From Heterodontus francisci (lineage: Eukaryota): a stretch of DNA of 64,000 bases. Numbering within the stretch: position 1 is the first letter of the stretch; the number at the start of each line of letters is the position of its first letter. A program made the translations under genes and the position numbers. The DNA lies in assembly GCF_036365525.1 (NCBI RefSeq), contig NC_090393.1, forward strand, positions 54,700,488-54,764,487. Reading direction: 5' to 3'. Positions 62,970-64,000 of this stretch are shown here, in pieces. The notes under the pieces were generated by a model that saw only the letters and a list, made by a program, of their open reading frames with translations, was not told where the DNA came from and did not search any database.

Positions 62970-64000
62970 TGTCGCATGGGGTCCAGGGTGTACAAGCTAG
63001 ATGGATAAAGAACTGGCTGGGCAACAGGAGACAGAGAGTAGCAGTGGAAGGGAGACGTGTGACCAGTGGTGTTCCACAGGGATCCGTGCTGGGACCACTG
63101 TTGTTTGTGATATACATAAATGATTTGGAGAAAAGTATAGGTGGTCTGATTAGCAAGTTTGCAGACGACACTAAGATTGGTGGAGTAGCAGATAGTGAAG
63201 GGGACTGTCAGAGAATACAGCAGAATATAGATAGATTGGAGAGTTGGGCAGAGAAATGGCAGATGGAGTTCAATCCAGGCAAATGCGAGGTGATGCATTT
63301 TGGAAGATCCAATTCAAGAGTGAACTATACAATAAATGAAAAAGTCCTGGGGAAAATTAATGTACAGAGAGATTTGGGTGTTCAGGTCCATTGTTCCCTG
63401 AAGGTGGCAACGCAGGTCAATAGAGTAGTCAAGAAGGCATACGGCATGCTTTCCTTCATCGGTCGCGGTATTGAGTGCAAGAGTTGGCAGGTCATGTTAC
63501 AGTTGTATAAGACTTTGGTTCGGCCACATTTGGAATACTGTGTGCAGTTCTGGTCACCACATTACCAAAAGGATGTAGATGCTTTGGAGAGGGTGCAGAG
63601 GAGGTTCACCATGATGTTGCCTGGTATGGAGGGCGCAGGCTATGAAGAGAGGTTGAGTAGATTAGGATTATTTTCATTAGAAAGACGGAGGTTGAGGGGG
63701 GACCTGATTGAGGTGCACAAAATCATGAGAGGTATAGACAGGGTGGATAGCAAGAAGCTTTTTCCCAGAGTGGGGGATTCAATTACTAGGGGTCACGAGT
63801 TCAAAGTGAGAGGGGAAAAGTTTAGGGGGGATATGCGTGGAAAGTTCTTTACACAGAGGGTGGTGGGTGCCTGGAACGCATTGCCAGCGGAGGTGGTAGA
63901 TGCGGGCACGATAGCATCTTTTAAGATGTATCTAGACAGATACATCAATGGGCAGGAAGCAAAGAGATACAGACCCTTAGAAAATAGGCAACAGGTATAG
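62970..64000 (+). mobile_element. Young 5'-truncated CR1 LINE, open RT C-terminal half
   Basis: VTSGVPQGSVLGPLLF, KFADDTK, YKTLVRPHLEYCVQFWSP without stops; the first ~40 aa of ORF 62846-64000 are flanking read-through. Confidence 0.93.

Noticed and set aside
62846-64000. 384-aa ORF as a host gene
   Set aside because: Standard CR1 RT C-terminal sequence, 5'-truncated, with chance in-frame flank.

Overview
Eukaryotic genomic DNA, almost certainly from a cartilaginous fish (shark-like), judged from the Ig gene structure and the TE families. The window holds two head-to-tail copies of a ~30 kb unit (pos 1 = pos 30502; homology runs to ~28721 = ~59755). Each copy carries one intact-looking immunoglobulin light-chain cluster of the lambda/type II (NS3-like) class: octamer promoter, leader exon, a V exon already fused in frame to J with no RSS, a ~3.1 kb intron, a C exon and a polyA signal (239 aa after splicing). 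The rest is mostly nested TE debris: Gmr1-like Ty3/Gypsy, a solo LTR, CR1 and L2 LINEs, Penelope-like elements (PLE), Harbinger and hAT remnants. Most notable: (1) the two fused VJ genes differ at 20/348 nt, 16 in CDRs, often as contiguous substitutions, with only one silent change, while the C exons differ at 5 nt, 4 silent; (2) the PLE ends carry minimal hammerhead-ribozyme motifs, several with a CCGAAGA core; (3) three copy-specific PLE insertions with TSDs; (4) a steep identity gradient between the copies; (5) a strong CTCF-like motif upstream of each cluster. Germline-joined VJ clusters are an established feature of cartilaginous fish and are not claimed as new. All counts were made by eye; TE boundaries are approximate unless a TSD is given.
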